Below, piece after piece: positions 1 through 11,213 of a stretch of DNA of 64,000 bases. Source of the stretch: Clostridiales bacterium (lineage in GTDB: Bacteria; Bacillota; Clostridia; Peptostreptococcales; Anaerovoracaceae); assembly GCA_015058145.1 (NCBI GenBank), contig SVCX01000001.1, positions 76,297 through 140,296 of the forward strand. The letters run 5' to 3'. The notes beneath the pieces were generated by a model, which ran no database searches, had not been told where the DNA came from, and was given only the letters and a program-made list of their open reading frames with translations. The position numbers and the translations under genes were made by a program. Positions within the stretch are counted from its first letter, which is position 1, and the number at the start of each line of letters is the position of its first letter.

Positions 1-873
1 TACAAGGCTCTCATTGATGAGCATCTTATGGATTTCATCCCTGATATCGACCAGAAGAGCATCACGCTCTATGATTCCATGCGCTATAGTCTTAATGCCG
101 GCGGCAAGAGGATTAGGCCAGTTCTGCTTATGGCGGCTTGCGAATTCTGCGGCGGCAGCGCGGAGGAAGCTCTTCCATATGCATGCGCTTTGGAATACTT
201 GCACACTTATTCCCTGATTCATGACGATCTGCCGTGCATGGATGACGATGAGCTAAGACGGGGTCAGCCGACAAATCACATGGTTTACGGCGACGGCGTT
301 GCCACTCTGGCGGGGGATGGACTGCAGGCGGCGGCTTATGAAGCTATGCAGAGAGATATGCTTTTGTACTTCGACAACTTTGATGCGCTCAAGAGCAGAA
401 TCAGAGCTGCTTATGAGATTGTGAAGGGCGCAGGCGTCACCGGTATGGTCGCTGGGCAGATTGCAGATGTAGAAGCTGAGAACAAACGGTGTTCAAAAGA
501 ACTTCTGGACTACATACATATCACAAAAACAGCCGCTATGATTATCGGTGCAGTGAGAGCGGGGGCCAGACTTGGCGACTGCTCTAAGGAAGATCTGGAA
601 AATCTCACTGTATATGCTGAAAATCTGGGACTCGCGTTCCAGGTATGCGACGATATTCTCGACGTCGAAGGGAACCAGGAACTCCTCGGAAAGGAAGTGG
701 GTCACGACGAGGCAAACAGCAAATCCACATATCCCGCTCTCTACGGCCTGGACGAATCCAAAGCCAAACTGAGGCAGCTGACGGATGCGGCGAAGGATGC
801 TCTCGCCGAATACTATGACAACGCGGAGCTCTTCGTCGATTTGGCGGAGCAACTCTGCTCAAGGGTTTACTAG
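1..873 (+). CDS. ispA: Polyprenyl (farnesyl/geranylgeranyl) diphosphate synthase; frame open to the window edge, probably 5'-partial
   Basis: GGKRIRP, SLIHDDLPCMD (FARM), RRGQPT, GLAFQVCDDILD (SARM), KSTYP; upstream of dxs. Confidence 0.95.
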   Translation, partial: YKALIDEHLMDFIPDIDQKSITLYDSMRYSLNAGGKRIRPVLLMAACEFCGGSAEEALPYACALEYLHTYSLIHDDLPCMDDDELRRGQPTNHMVYGDGVATLAGDGLQAAAYEAMQRDMLLYFDNFDALKSRIRAAYEIVKGAGVTGMVAGQIADVEAENKRCSKELLDYIHITKTAAMIIGAVRAGARLGDCSKEDLENLTVYAENLGLAFQVCDDILDVEGNQELLGKEVGHDEANSKSTYPALYGLDESKAKLRQLTDAAKDALAEYYDNAELFVDLAEQLCSRVY

Positions 874-874
874 A

Positions 875-2728
875 ATGAACAATTACTTATCAGAACACAA
901 TTTTCCGGAAGATCTGAGGACCATGGATTATGACCAGCTTGAGCTGCTTTCCTATGAACTCAGAGACTTTCTGATAGAATCCGTATCGAAGACGGGAGGT
1001 CATCTGGCTTCCAATCTTGGCATCGTGGAGCTGACGATCGCGCTGCACAGATGTTTTGATACGCCGAAGGATAAAATCATCTGGGATGTTGGACACCAGT
1101 CCTACGTACACAAGATTCTCACCGGCAGAATGAAGGAGTTCGACTCCCTCAGAAAATTCGGTGGCATCAGCGGGTTCCCGAAGACATGTGAAAGCGAATA
1201 CGATGTATTTGATACAGGTCACAGCAGTACGTCCATATCCCTTGGACTTGGTCTGGCTACTGCCCGAGATCTCAGCGGCGATGATTACAAAGTCGTATCT
1301 GTTATCGGCGACGGAGCCATGACAGGCGGTCTTGCCTATGAAGCGCTCAACAATGCGGGAAGCAGGAACACCAATCTGATCGTCATCCTGAATGACAACG
1401 GAATGTCCATCTCGCAGAATACCGGTGGTCTTTCCAGATCGCTGGAACGCATCACCAGCACTGACAAGTATGTGCATATGAAAACGACAGTCAAAAAAGG
1501 TCTGTCGAAAGTACCGGTCGTAGGCGAGAGTGTGATTTCCGGAATCCACAACGCCAAAAAGGATATTAAATACGCAGTGATTGACGGCATACTCTTCGAG
1601 GAACTGGGCTTTAAGTACATTGGCCCTGTTGACGGACATGATATTCCTGAGCTGTGTCAGACATTGGAACGGGCCAAGAAGCTCAGCGGTCCGATTCTCG
1701 TGCACGCAGTCACACAGAAGGGCAAGGGCTATTCGCAGGCGGAACGCCATCCGAACGTGTTCCACGGAATCGGCGCCTTTGATATTGATACAGGAAAACC
1801 GATCGGATCATCTTCCGGTAAATCCTATTCAGCTGTCTTCGGCGACAAGCTGATTGAAATGGCGGAAAAAGATGATCGTGTCATCGGCATCAGCGCAGCC
1901 ATGACTGACGGCGTCGGATTGGAATGCTTTTGCAAGAAGTATCCGAAGCGGTTCTTTGATGTCGGTATCGCCGAGGGACACGGCGTTACATTCTCCGCAG
2001 GCCTCGCAAAAGCAGGAAAACGTCCTTACGTAGCGATTTACTCATCCTTCCTGCAGAGAGCCTACGATCAGATTCTGGAGGATGTATGTCTGCAGAATCT
2101 GCCGGTGACATTCTGCATCGACAGGGCTGGCGTCGTTGGCGCCGACGGGGAAACCCACCACGGACTCTTCGATCTGGTGTACCTGCGGTCCATGCCGGGT
2201 ATGACGGTTTTCGCTCCAAAGGACGGAGCGGAACTGGAAGCAATGATGGAACAATCGCTGCAAATTGACGGACCTTGCGCAATTCGCTATCCGCGCGGAA
2301 AGGCTGTAGATCTCGGTATGCCGGCTGCGGCAGAAGCAGGAAAGTCCCAAAGACTGAAAGAGGGCATTGATGCCGATATCTGGGCGGCCGGTTCAATGGT
2401 GAACCCTGCTCTGGAAGCATCGGCGCTTCTTGAAGAGGAGGGAATCTACGCAGGTGTGGTTAACATCGCAAGCGTAACTCCATTTGATGAAGAAATGCTC
2501 CGTACTTCTTCCGATACGGTTCCGTTAATCGTGACCATCGAAGACGGTATCGTTACAGGAGGAGTGGGGGAATCCATCCGTGCCCTCACCGCTGACTGCA
2601 TTACGAAGGTGGTCAACCTCGGATGGCCGGACCGCTTCATTGAACACGGCAGTCAGGATGAACTGTACAGAAAATACGGTCTGGACGCTGCGTCCATCGC
2701 CGACACGATCAGAACAAACACCAGATGA
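875..2728 (+). CDS. dxs: 1-deoxy-D-xylulose-5-phosphate synthase
   Basis: GGHLASNLG, WDVGHQSYVHKILTGR, GHSSTSIS, GDGAMTGG, DVGIAEGH, DGETHHG; start moved to the ATG at 875 just after the ispA stop. Confidence 0.97.
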   Translation: MNNYLSEHNFPEDLRTMDYDQLELLSYELRDFLIESVSKTGGHLASNLGIVELTIALHRCFDTPKDKIIWDVGHQSYVHKILTGRMKEFDSLRKFGGISGFPKTCESEYDVFDTGHSSTSISLGLGLATARDLSGDDYKVVSVIGDGAMTGGLAYEALNNAGSRNTNLIVILNDNGMSISQNTGGLSRSLERITSTDKYVHMKTTVKKGLSKVPVVGESVISGIHNAKKDIKYAVIDGILFEELGFKYIGPVDGHDIPELCQTLERAKKLSGPILVHAVTQKGKGYSQAERHPNVFHGIGAFDIDTGKPIGSSSGKSYSAVFGDKLIEMAEKDDRVIGISAAMTDGVGLECFCKKYPKRFFDVGIAEGHGVTFSAGLAKAGKRPYVAIYSSFLQRAYDQILEDVCLQNLPVTFCIDRAGVVGADGETHHGLFDLVYLRSMPGMTVFAPKDGAELEAMMEQSLQIDGPCAIRYPRGKAVDLGMPAAAEAGKSQRLKEGIDADIWAAGSMVNPALEASALLEEEGIYAGVVNIASVTPFDEEMLRTSSDTVPLIVTIEDGIVTGGVGESIRALTADCITKVVNLGWPDRFIEHGSQDELYRKYGLDAASIADTIRTNTR

Positions 2729-3516
2729 AAAAACGACTCGATGTACTGACAACAGAAAGAGGATTGTTTCCTTCGAGAGAAAAGGCGAAATCTTCCATTA
2801 TGGCCGGTTTGGTCTACGTGGACGATGTGCTTTGCGATAAGCCGGGTACGCCTGTGGACGAAAGCGCCAAAATCGCCGTAAAAGAGGATTTATGTCCATA
2901 TGTGAGCCGTGGAGGGCTGAAACTGGAAAAAGCCCTTAAAACGTGGAATTTCGCCCTCACAGGCGCAAAGGCAGTAGATATTGGTGCTTCCACCGGTGGA
3001 TTTACGGACTGTATGCTCATGAATGGGGCCAGCAAGGTCTACTGCATCGACGTAGGCTACGGCCAGTTGGATTGGAAACTGCGCAACGATCCCAGAGTTG
3101 TGAATATGGAGAAGTGCAATGTCCGTTATCTGGATGTTGACGAAATCGGCAGAGATGTTGATTTTATCAGTATCGACGTTTCCTTCATCTCCCTGAAACT
3201 CGTATTCCCGGTTGCTTCTCAGCTGCTCTGCGACAGCGGCTGTCTGGTATGTCTTGTAAAACCGCAGTTTGAAGCAGGTCGTGAGCAGGTAGGAAAGAAG
3301 GGAATCGTACGGGATCCACAGGTTCACGCGCAGGTTATCTGCAACGTCATGGAATACGGAGAAGAGAACGGATTGTTCTCATGGGGGCTCACGTATTCTC
3401 CGGTAACGGGAACCAAAGGAAATATAGAATATCTTCTTTTCATGAAGAAGCAAAAATGCGATAATGATATAGATGTGGAAGACGTTGTTGCGGACTCCCA
3501 CAGAGAATTGAAATAA
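2725..3516 (+). CDS. tlyA: TlyA family rRNA 2'-O-methyltransferase
   Basis: N-terminal S4 domain (RLD), YVSRGGLKL, DIGASTGGFTD, DVSFISL, LVKPQFE, GNIEY. Confidence 0.95.
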   Translation: MKKRLDVLTTERGLFPSREKAKSSIMAGLVYVDDVLCDKPGTPVDESAKIAVKEDLCPYVSRGGLKLEKALKTWNFALTGAKAVDIGASTGGFTDCMLMNGASKVYCIDVGYGQLDWKLRNDPRVVNMEKCNVRYLDVDEIGRDVDFISIDVSFISLKLVFPVASQLLCDSGCLVCLVKPQFEAGREQVGKKGIVRDPQVHAQVICNVMEYGEENGLFSWGLTYSPVTGTKGNIEYLLFMKKQKCDNDIDVEDVVADSHRELK

Positions 3517-3580
3517 GGGCGTACGCCTTTATATATACAACAATTATTTTTCAATACTATAAACAAAGGAGACAGATGAT

Positions 3581-4780
3581 ATGGAAATTTCCAACAGAGT
3601 AGGAGTAATGCAGTTCTCACCGATCAGAAGATTCAACAAGTACGGTTTTGAGGCTGAAGCAAACGGCAAGACGGTTTACCGCCTCAACATCGGACAGCCT
3701 GATGTTGAGACGCCACCGTGCTTCAAGGAAGCAATCAACAACTTCGATAAGAAGGTTATTGCTTATGCTGAATCAGGCGGCGTTACGGAACTTCTCGACG
3801 CTATGATCGATTATATGGGCATGTACGACATGCACTATACGAGAGATAACATCCTCATCACCAACGGCGGATCTGAAGCTCTGACACTCATCTTCACTGC
3901 TCTGCTGAATCCTGGCGAAGAGGCGATCATCGCGGAGCCTTTCTACACCAACTACAATACGTTCTGCAACCAGGTCAACGGCGTGCTCGTTCCGCTGACG
4001 ACATCCGCAGACGACGGTTACGCATGGGCCAAGAAGGATCTCATCGAGGCAGCGATCACGCCGAAGACGAGAGCAATCTGCTGCATCAGCCCGGGCAACC
4101 CGACAGGTAGAGTACTGACCCTTGATGAGATGAAGCTAATCGGCGAAATCGCCAAGGAACACGACCTGTGGATCATCTCCGACGAAGTATACAGAGAATT
4201 TGCTTACGACGGAAGAGAAGTCACTTCCTTTGGTATGCTGGAAGATCTGGCGGACAGAGTCGTTCTCGTTGACTCCGTATCCAAGAGATACTCCGCATGC
4301 GGCGCGAGAGTCGGCGCAGTCATCTCCAAGAACGAAGACCTCATGAGCGGCATCCTGAAGCTGGCGCAGGGCAGACTCTGCTGTCCGACTCTGGAACAGG
4401 TCGGCGCAGCGGCGCTCTACAGAATGGACAAGTCCTACTATGATCAGATGAGAGACGAATACTGCGCAAGAAGAGACGCGGCTTACGAAGAAATCTCCAA
4501 GATTCCTGGCGTTGTATGCCAGAAGCCTGGCGGCGCATTCTACATGACAGCGAGACTTCCGGTCGAAGATGTAGAAGACTTCCTCATGTTCATGCTGACA
4601 GAATTCGACGACAATGGTGAAACGGTTATGTTCACACCGGCCGGCGGTTTCTACGCAACACCGGGACTTGGTAAAGACGAGATGCGTATCGCGTACGTTC
4701 TCGCACCGGAGAAGATGAGAAGGGGAGCTGAACTAATCAAGCTCGGCATCGAAGCTTATAATAAGAAGCTCGGCAAGTAA
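3581..4780 (+). CDS. Class I/II PLP-dependent aminotransferase (aspartate aminotransferase-like)
   Basis: LNIGQPD, PGNPTG, ISDEVY, SVSKRYSACGARVG PLP-lysine motif. Confidence 0.9.
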   Translation: MEISNRVGVMQFSPIRRFNKYGFEAEANGKTVYRLNIGQPDVETPPCFKEAINNFDKKVIAYAESGGVTELLDAMIDYMGMYDMHYTRDNILITNGGSEALTLIFTALLNPGEEAIIAEPFYTNYNTFCNQVNGVLVPLTTSADDGYAWAKKDLIEAAITPKTRAICCISPGNPTGRVLTLDEMKLIGEIAKEHDLWIISDEVYREFAYDGREVTSFGMLEDLADRVVLVDSVSKRYSACGARVGAVISKNEDLMSGILKLAQGRLCCPTLEQVGAAALYRMDKSYYDQMRDEYCARRDAAYEEISKIPGVVCQKPGGAFYMTARLPVEDVEDFLMFMLTEFDDNGETVMFTPAGGFYATPGLGKDEMRIAYVLAPEKMRRGAELIKLGIEAYNKKLGK

Positions 4781-4790
4781 GGAGAGGAAA

Positions 4791-7382
4791 TTGGCAAAAT
4801 CAAAGCTATCGCCCATGATGCAGCAGTATCTTGATATCAAGGAGGAACACAAGGATGAAATCCTGTTCTTTAGGCTGGGCGATTTCTACGAGATGTTCTT
4901 TGATGATGCCATCACCGCTTCAAGAGAACTTGAACTCACATTAACAGGTAAACAATGCGGTTTAGAAGAAAGGGCTCCCATGTGCGGAGTCCCTTTCCAT
5001 GCCGCGGATACCTACATCGCCCGTCTCATAGGCAAAGGCTACAAGGTCGCCATCTGCGAACAGGTGGAAGATCCTGCCGCGGCCAAAGGTATCGTCAGGC
5101 GCGAGGTGATACAGATCGTCACGCCTGGCACAGCCATGACCAGCACCATCCTCAACGACAAGGAGAACAACTACATCGCATCCGTGTTCTCGTCCGGGGA
5201 AGGCATCGGCCTTTCTTATTGCGACGTTTCTACCGGAGAAATCTGCCTCACGTCATTTTCCGGACCGGGAGCCAGACAGACTCTTATCAACGAACTGGTG
5301 AAGATCAACGCCAGAGAACTCATCTTAGATGAAACCACTTCTGATATTCTGGACGTCGAAGACCTGAAGACAGTGATCGACCCGTACATCAATCTGATTG
5401 GCGATAAATTCTATCGTCAGGACGCTATGCGGGATACCATCCGCCGTCAGTTCAGCGTCACATCTGCGAGGGGACTGGGCGTCGAAGAGGGTACCGATGC
5501 AGAGACAGCCCTTGGAGCGCTGCTTTTGTATCTCTATGACACGCAGAAGAGCGATCTGTCCCATATCAGAACACTGTCCGTATACTCCGTAGGACAGCAC
5601 ATGTCACTGGATAAAGCCACCATTAAGAACCTGGAACTGACGGAGACCCTCTTTGAGAAGAAACTGCAGGGGTCTCTTCTCGGCGTGCTCGATAAGACGC
5701 ATACCGCCATGGGTTCCAGAACGATGAAGCACTGGCTTCGCCAACCGCTGAACAATGCGGATATGATCAACGCCAGGCTGGATGCTGTGGAAGTCTTGCT
5801 GGAAGATGTGCTTACCCGGAACAACATTAAAGAAAACCTGAAGAAAATCTACGACTTCGAGCGGCTTGCCGGAAGAATTGCGACTGGCAGAGCGAACGGC
5901 CACGATCTGGTGGCTTTGGCCGATTCCTGCAGAGTGCTTCCGGAAATCCGGATGGATCTTTCTTCACTGGAATCCGCTCTCATCACACAGCTTCGTGAAG
6001 ACATCTATCCGTTGGAGGATGTCTGCGACATGATTGATTCCGGCATTGTCGACGAACCGCCGTTTACCATCAAAGAAGGCGGTCTGATCAAGGGCGGTTA
6101 TTCACAGGAACTGGACGAACTCAAGGCATCGATCCACGACGCCCAGCAGTGGATTGCCTCCCTGGAAGCGACGGAAAAAGAGCGAACCGGAATCAAGAAC
6201 CTCAGAGTGGGGTTCAACAAAGTGTTCGGATACTACATCGAGGTCACCAAATCCAATTACGATCTGGTACCGGATGATTACATAAGAAAACAGACTCTCG
6301 TCAACTGCGAGCGGTTCATCACGCCGCAGCTGAAGGAGACGGAACGGCTTGTTCTCAATGCGGAAGCGGAGATCAACAAGCTGGAATACGAACTGTTCTG
6401 CGACATGCGGGACAGACTCAAGGACTACATTGCCGAGATACAGAGAACTTCCCACGCAGTGGCCGTCCTTGACGTGCTTGCTGCTTTTGCGCAGGTCGCG
6501 GAGAAGAATGATTACGTCAAGCCTGTCATCGATGAGGGAGATGTCATTTCCATCGAGCAGGGACGTCATCCGGTCATCGAACAGACGGTGCGGGACAGCA
6601 TTTTTGTATCCAATGATACTTACCTCGACTGCGATAAGTCCGGACTGATGATTATCACCGGACCGAATATGTCCGGTAAATCCACATATATGAGACAGAC
6701 GGCTCTCATCGTCCTCATGGCGCAGGCCGGTTGTTTCGTTCCTGCGGCCCGCGCTCACATCGGGCTCTGCGACAGAATATTCACCAGAATCGGCGCATCG
6801 GACAATCTGGCCCAGGGACAGTCCACGTTCTTCGTGGAGATGAGCGAACTGGCTTATATCCTCAATTCCGCCACGTCGAAGAGTCTCATCATCCTCGATG
6901 AAATCGGACGCGGAACCAGCACTTACGACGGGCTGTCCATCGCCTGGGCGACGGCGGAATTCGTATCCAAACGGCACATCCGTACGCTCTTCGCGACCCA
7001 TTACCACGAGATGACGGTTCTGGAGAACACCATGGACGGTGTCCGCAACCTGAATGTTGACGTCATTGAAGACAACGGCAATATCGTATTCCTGCACAAG
7101 ATCATTGAAGGCTCCGCTTCACGGAGTTATGGCATCCACGTCGCACAGCTGGCAGGCGTTCCGGAGGAGCTGCTCATCAACGCCAGAGGGCATCTGGACA
7201 GTCTGGGCGGCGATATGGCGGAAAACGCCGAAGTCGTGAAGGAGAACACTGGGGAGACACAGCTCACGTTCTTTGAGACTATGCCTGATCCGGTCAAAGA
7301 AAAGCTGCAATCACTGGATCTCATGAATACGACGCCTTCTGAAGCGCTGAAGATTCTTGAGGATCTGAAGAAACATCTATAG
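4791..7382 (+). CDS. mutS: DNA mismatch repair protein MutS
   Basis: SPMMQQY, FRLGDFYEMF, TGPNMSGKST Walker A, STFFVEM, DEIGRGTS, SYGIHVA; TTG start with AGGAG RBS. Confidence 0.98.
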   Translation: MAKSKLSPMMQQYLDIKEEHKDEILFFRLGDFYEMFFDDAITASRELELTLTGKQCGLEERAPMCGVPFHAADTYIARLIGKGYKVAICEQVEDPAAAKGIVRREVIQIVTPGTAMTSTILNDKENNYIASVFSSGEGIGLSYCDVSTGEICLTSFSGPGARQTLINELVKINARELILDETTSDILDVEDLKTVIDPYINLIGDKFYRQDAMRDTIRRQFSVTSARGLGVEEGTDAETALGALLLYLYDTQKSDLSHIRTLSVYSVGQHMSLDKATIKNLELTETLFEKKLQGSLLGVLDKTHTAMGSRTMKHWLRQPLNNADMINARLDAVEVLLEDVLTRNNIKENLKKIYDFERLAGRIATGRANGHDLVALADSCRVLPEIRMDLSSLESALITQLREDIYPLEDVCDMIDSGIVDEPPFTIKEGGLIKGGYSQELDELKASIHDAQQWIASLEATEKERTGIKNLRVGFNKVFGYYIEVTKSNYDLVPDDYIRKQTLVNCERFITPQLKETERLVLNAEAEINKLEYELFCDMRDRLKDYIAEIQRTSHAVAVLDVLAAFAQVAEKNDYVKPVIDEGDVISIEQGRHPVIEQTVRDSIFVSNDTYLDCDKSGLMIITGPNMSGKSTYMRQTALIVLMAQAGCFVPAARAHIGLCDRIFTRIGASDNLAQGQSTFFVEMSELAYILNSATSKSLIILDEIGRGTSTYDGLSIAWATAEFVSKRHIRTLFATHYHEMTVLENTMDGVRNLNVDVIEDNGNIVFLHKIIEGSASRSYGIHVAQLAGVPEELLINARGHLDSLGGDMAENAEVVKENTGETQLTFFETMPDPVKEKLQSLDLMNTTPSEALKILEDLKKHL

Positions 7383-7393
7383 ATATCAATCCG

Positions 7394-9157
7394 ATGATCA
7401 GAGTATTAGATAAGCACATTGCTGACAAAATCGCCGCAGGCGAGGTCATAGACCGGCCCGTATCCATCGTCAAGGAACTGGTCGAAAACGCAGTCGACGC
7501 AGGAGCCGATTCCATTACTGTGGAAATTCGGGAGGGCGGCAGGACCTACATCCGCGTTACCGATAATGGCTGCGGTATCCCTTCGGAAGAAGCGGAGACG
7601 GCTTTCATGCGCCATGCCACGAGCAAAATCTCCACAGAGCAGGATCTTGACCGTATTGAGACCCTCGGCTTCCGGGGAGAAGCCCTGGCCAGCATCTGCG
7701 CCGTCGCCAGAGTAGAACTGATTACGAAGACCGCGGACTCTAAATCGGGTCGTAGGCTTGTTGTGGAGAGCTCACGTGTTCTGGAAAACAGCGCCACGGG
7801 ATGTCCGGACGGCACTACCGTAACGGTCCGGGATCTGTTCTTCAACGTGCCGGCAAGGTACAAATTTCTCGCGACCGATGCTGCCGAGGCCAGGCGGATC
7901 ATCGATTTCATGTCACGTATCGCGCTTTCTTATCCGGATATCCGTTTCAACATGATCAACGGCTCTACTACTGTGTTTACAACGTCCGGAAAGGGTAATA
8001 TTCTTGCCAATATCATCAGCATATACGGCAAGGACATCGGAGAAGGGCTTATCCCTGTAGAGAAATCTGCAGGCGGATTCACTCTTAAAGCCCATGTGTC
8101 CTCGCCAGATAAGACGCTTCCGTCAAGAAGCAGGCAGATATTCTGCGTCAACGGCCGTATCATAGCAAGTTCAGTTCTGGAAAGAGCTCTCGACAGGGCA
8201 TATGCGGAGAGAATGTTCAAAGGCAGATTCCCGATTGCCTTCCTGTTCCTGGCTATGCCGGCGGAGAAATTGGACGTGAACATCCATCCGACCAAGAAAC
8301 AGATTCGTTTCGATAATAACAGCGAGGTGGAGGACTTCGTTGCGAAAGCAATAAAAGACGCTCTAATGGGGGAGAAGGCCGTACCGGAAGTGTCAAAATC
8401 AACAATTATGGAGGATGATAGTTTTCAATATGATGCAAAACCAGTCCGACAGAAGCCAGTTGAACCTCAGGAGCAAGTTGACATAAAATCGTTCCTGACA
8501 ACTATGCGTCATGACATCCAGGAAGCAGAGGAGAAACAGGAAAAACCGGAACCGTCGCCTGCAATTATCAACAAACCGTTTGATTTTGATGATTTGACAA
8601 TCATCGGTGCTGTATTCAACACATATATTCTGGCGCAGGACGATGATTGTTTCTACATGATCGATCAGCACGCCGCACATGAGAGAGTGTTCTATGAAAA
8701 ACTCATGGCGCAGTACAGATCTGCTGAAAAAGTGTCCCAGCCGATGCTGATGCCTTTATCCTTCAGTGTTTCCTCCGATGTCTCTGCGACGGAAGACGCA
8801 TGGATCGAAGACGTTCGCGCTATGGGTTATGACATTGAATTCTTTGGTAACAACACCTATATCGTCCGTGAAATCCCGGCTTTTATGGAGATGATCGAGG
8901 CCGAAGAGTTCCTGAAGGACCTGTTCAGCGAGTTCGGCGAGAAGCCGGATCTGACCAATCACAGCACCTTGGATAAAATCATCACCAGATCGTGCAAATC
9001 CGCGGTCAAAGGCGGGGATCTGCTTGACAGCAGGGAGATTGAGGCACTTATGGATCAGCTCAAAGCCTGCGAGAATCCGTTTTCCTGCCCGCACGGCAGA
9101 CCGACGTTCATCAAGATGACCAGATATCATCTGGAACACATGTTCAAACGCGCGTAG
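7394..9157 (+). CDS. mutL: DNA mismatch repair endonuclease MutL
   Basis: IAAGEVI, KELVENAVDAGA, GFRGEALASI, DQHAAHER endonuclease motif, CPHGRP. Confidence 0.98.
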   Translation: MIRVLDKHIADKIAAGEVIDRPVSIVKELVENAVDAGADSITVEIREGGRTYIRVTDNGCGIPSEEAETAFMRHATSKISTEQDLDRIETLGFRGEALASICAVARVELITKTADSKSGRRLVVESSRVLENSATGCPDGTTVTVRDLFFNVPARYKFLATDAAEARRIIDFMSRIALSYPDIRFNMINGSTTVFTTSGKGNILANIISIYGKDIGEGLIPVEKSAGGFTLKAHVSSPDKTLPSRSRQIFCVNGRIIASSVLERALDRAYAERMFKGRFPIAFLFLAMPAEKLDVNIHPTKKQIRFDNNSEVEDFVAKAIKDALMGEKAVPEVSKSTIMEDDSFQYDAKPVRQKPVEPQEQVDIKSFLTTMRHDIQEAEEKQEKPEPSPAIINKPFDFDDLTIIGAVFNTYILAQDDDCFYMIDQHAAHERVFYEKLMAQYRSAEKVSQPMLMPLSFSVSSDVSATEDAWIEDVRAMGYDIEFFGNNTYIVREIPAFMEMIEAEEFLKDLFSEFGEKPDLTNHSTLDKIITRSCKSAVKGGDLLDSREIEALMDQLKACENPFSCPHGRPTFIKMTRYHLEHMFKRA

Positions 9158-9162
9158 ATACC

Positions 9163-10098
9163 ATGAATGACAGACGTATCCTCGTGATAGCCGGTCCGAC
9201 GGCTGTCGGAAAAACTGAATACGCCATAGAAGCTGCAAAGGCATTCAACGGAGAAATCGTCTCCTGCGATTCCATGCAGCTCTATCAATATATGGACATT
9301 GGAAGCGCCAAACCGACTGCGGCGGAGCGTGCGGAAGCTGTCCACCACCTGATTGACTTTCTGAATCCCAGAGAGGAGTTTTCTGTCGCCCGGTATCAGA
9401 AACTGGCCAGAGAAGCCATCGATGACATCCTATCCAGAGGGAAACTACCTGTGATTTCCGGCGGAACCGGCTTATACCTGAATTCCATCCTCTATGATAT
9501 GGATTTTGCAGATGCTTCGGGTGATGAGAAACTGCGTGAGACCCTGAGAAAAGTGGCGGAAGAGGAAGGATCGGAAGCCCTTCACAGTCAGCTGGCAGAG
9601 ATGGATCCGGAGGCTGCCGCGCGCATTCACCCCAACAACACCAAGAAGATCATCCGCGCCATAGAACGTCTGCAGGCAGGCGAAGGCAGGGTACGGCCTT
9701 TTGACAGTTCCATATCCGAAAACAAGGATTATGATCCGCTTTTGGTCTGCCTGACCAGGAATCGGGAGGAACTTTACGACAGAATCAACCGTAGAGTGGA
9801 TGCGCTCATCGAGGCTGGTCTTGTAGAGGAAGTTCGTTCGCTGATGGATATGGGCCTGACGGCGGATGATATCTCCATGAAGGGCATTGGGTACAAGGAA
9901 ATCATCGCTTATCTGGAAGGGGAGACAACCCTGGATGAAGCAATCGATCTGATTAAAAAAAATACCCGCCATTATGCCAAAAGACAGTTAACATGGTTCC
10001 GCAGGTATGATAAAATCAACGTAGTTAATTTATCGGAATACTTGAGCGAAGAAGAGGCCAAAAGGGGATTGATCGGGTGGCTGGAGAAAAAACTGTAA
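9163..10098 (+). CDS. miaA: tRNA dimethylallyltransferase
   Basis: GPTAVGKT, DSMQLY, GGTGLY, IGYKE, YAKRQLTWFR. Confidence 0.97.
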   Translation: MNDRRILVIAGPTAVGKTEYAIEAAKAFNGEIVSCDSMQLYQYMDIGSAKPTAAERAEAVHHLIDFLNPREEFSVARYQKLAREAIDDILSRGKLPVISGGTGLYLNSILYDMDFADASGDEKLRETLRKVAEEEGSEALHSQLAEMDPEAAARIHPNNTKKIIRAIERLQAGEGRVRPFDSSISENKDYDPLLVCLTRNREELYDRINRRVDALIEAGLVEEVRSLMDMGLTADDISMKGIGYKEIIAYLEGETTLDEAIDLIKKNTRHYAKRQLTWFRRYDKINVVNLSEYLSEEEAKRGLIGWLEKKL

Positions 10099-11210
10099 GA
10101 TTACACAACAGAAGCGAGCGACCGGATAACATTGTTCTCAAAGAACATGAGATCGTCGCCAAATGCGAAGCGATCCAGAAAGAGCTCCCGTCTTTTATGA
10201 GGGGCTTTTTTGCATATCTGAAGGGAAATGTTCTTCCGATGACGAGACTGGCTTATCTGACGGATATCCGGTTCTTCTGCCAGTATCTTATCGACGAAGC
10301 GGGACTTACAGAGGCAAAGATTATCAAAGACATCAAACTGAAGGATTTCAATGAAATCATGGCTGTCGATGTCAATATGTTCATCGACTACTGCAGAAGT
10401 TACCGCGTCGAAAAGGACAACGAAGTCGTATTATATGAAAATACGAACAAGACCCTCGCAAGAAAGAAATCTTCGATTTCCGTCCTGTTCAAACAGCTCT
10501 ACAGAGACGGCCTGATCGAGAAGAACATTACAGACGGCTTTGATCCGATCCGCGTGCCGAAGGCGAGTGAACGTGAGATCAAAGCGCTCCAGGACGATGA
10601 AGTCATGATTATGCTGGACGCTGTAACGACGGGAGCCAATCTGACACCGAAAGAACATCAGTACTGGGAGAAGACGAAAAAGAGAGATAAAGCTATTCTG
10701 CTTTTATTCATCACATACGGACTCAGGCTTTTCGAACTGCAGCAGTTAAATGTCTCTTCTTTCAATTTCAACAGAGGGGAATTCAAAATCTACAGAAAGA
10801 GGGACAAAGAGGCGATTATGCCGATGAACCGTTCCGTTACGGAGGTCATCACAGATTATCTTGAAAACGAGAGGGCAGACGATGAGAAAATCGTTTCCGG
10901 GCATGAGGACGCACTCTTCCTGTCCCTGCAAGGCCGTAGAATGACGGAACGCGCAATCCGAGATCTTGTGAAAAAGTATACATCTATTGGAATGTCCACT
11001 TCCAGAAGAGCCGGTTACAGTCCGCATAAACTAAGGGCTACGGCTGCCACGAGTCTTATCGGAAGAGGCAACTCCATCTTTGATGTGCAGGCTTTGTTGG
11101 ATCACGAGCAGGTGACGACGACGCAGCTGTATGCGAATCATAAGATGAATGTTAAAAGGGATTTGGTGAAAGACATGGAATGGGAACTAGAACGAAAGGA
11201 ACGAGATTAA
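10077..11210 (+). CDS. Chromosomal tyrosine recombinase (XerC/XerS-like)
   Basis: Catalytic set YGLR, K (RKRDK), PHKLR, LLDH..TTQLY; 377 aa; embedded in the housekeeping mutL-miaA operon and ~4.1 kb from a dif-like site. Confidence 0.88.
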   Translation: MAGEKTVRLHNRSERPDNIVLKEHEIVAKCEAIQKELPSFMRGFFAYLKGNVLPMTRLAYLTDIRFFCQYLIDEAGLTEAKIIKDIKLKDFNEIMAVDVNMFIDYCRSYRVEKDNEVVLYENTNKTLARKKSSISVLFKQLYRDGLIEKNITDGFDPIRVPKASEREIKALQDDEVMIMLDAVTTGANLTPKEHQYWEKTKKRDKAILLLFITYGLRLFELQQLNVSSFNFNRGEFKIYRKRDKEAIMPMNRSVTEVITDYLENERADDEKIVSGHEDALFLSLQGRRMTERAIRDLVKKYTSIGMSTSRRAGYSPHKLRATAATSLIGRGNSIFDVQALLDHEQVTTTQLYANHKMNVKRDLVKDMEWELERKERD

Positions 11211-11213
11211 AGA

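Noticed and set aside
9134-9145. Perfect LexA-like box GAACACATGTTC at the end of mutL, upstream of miaA-xer
   Set aside because: It encodes the conserved MutL C-terminal E-x-M-F residues and no promoter overlaps it; probably a coding coincidence.
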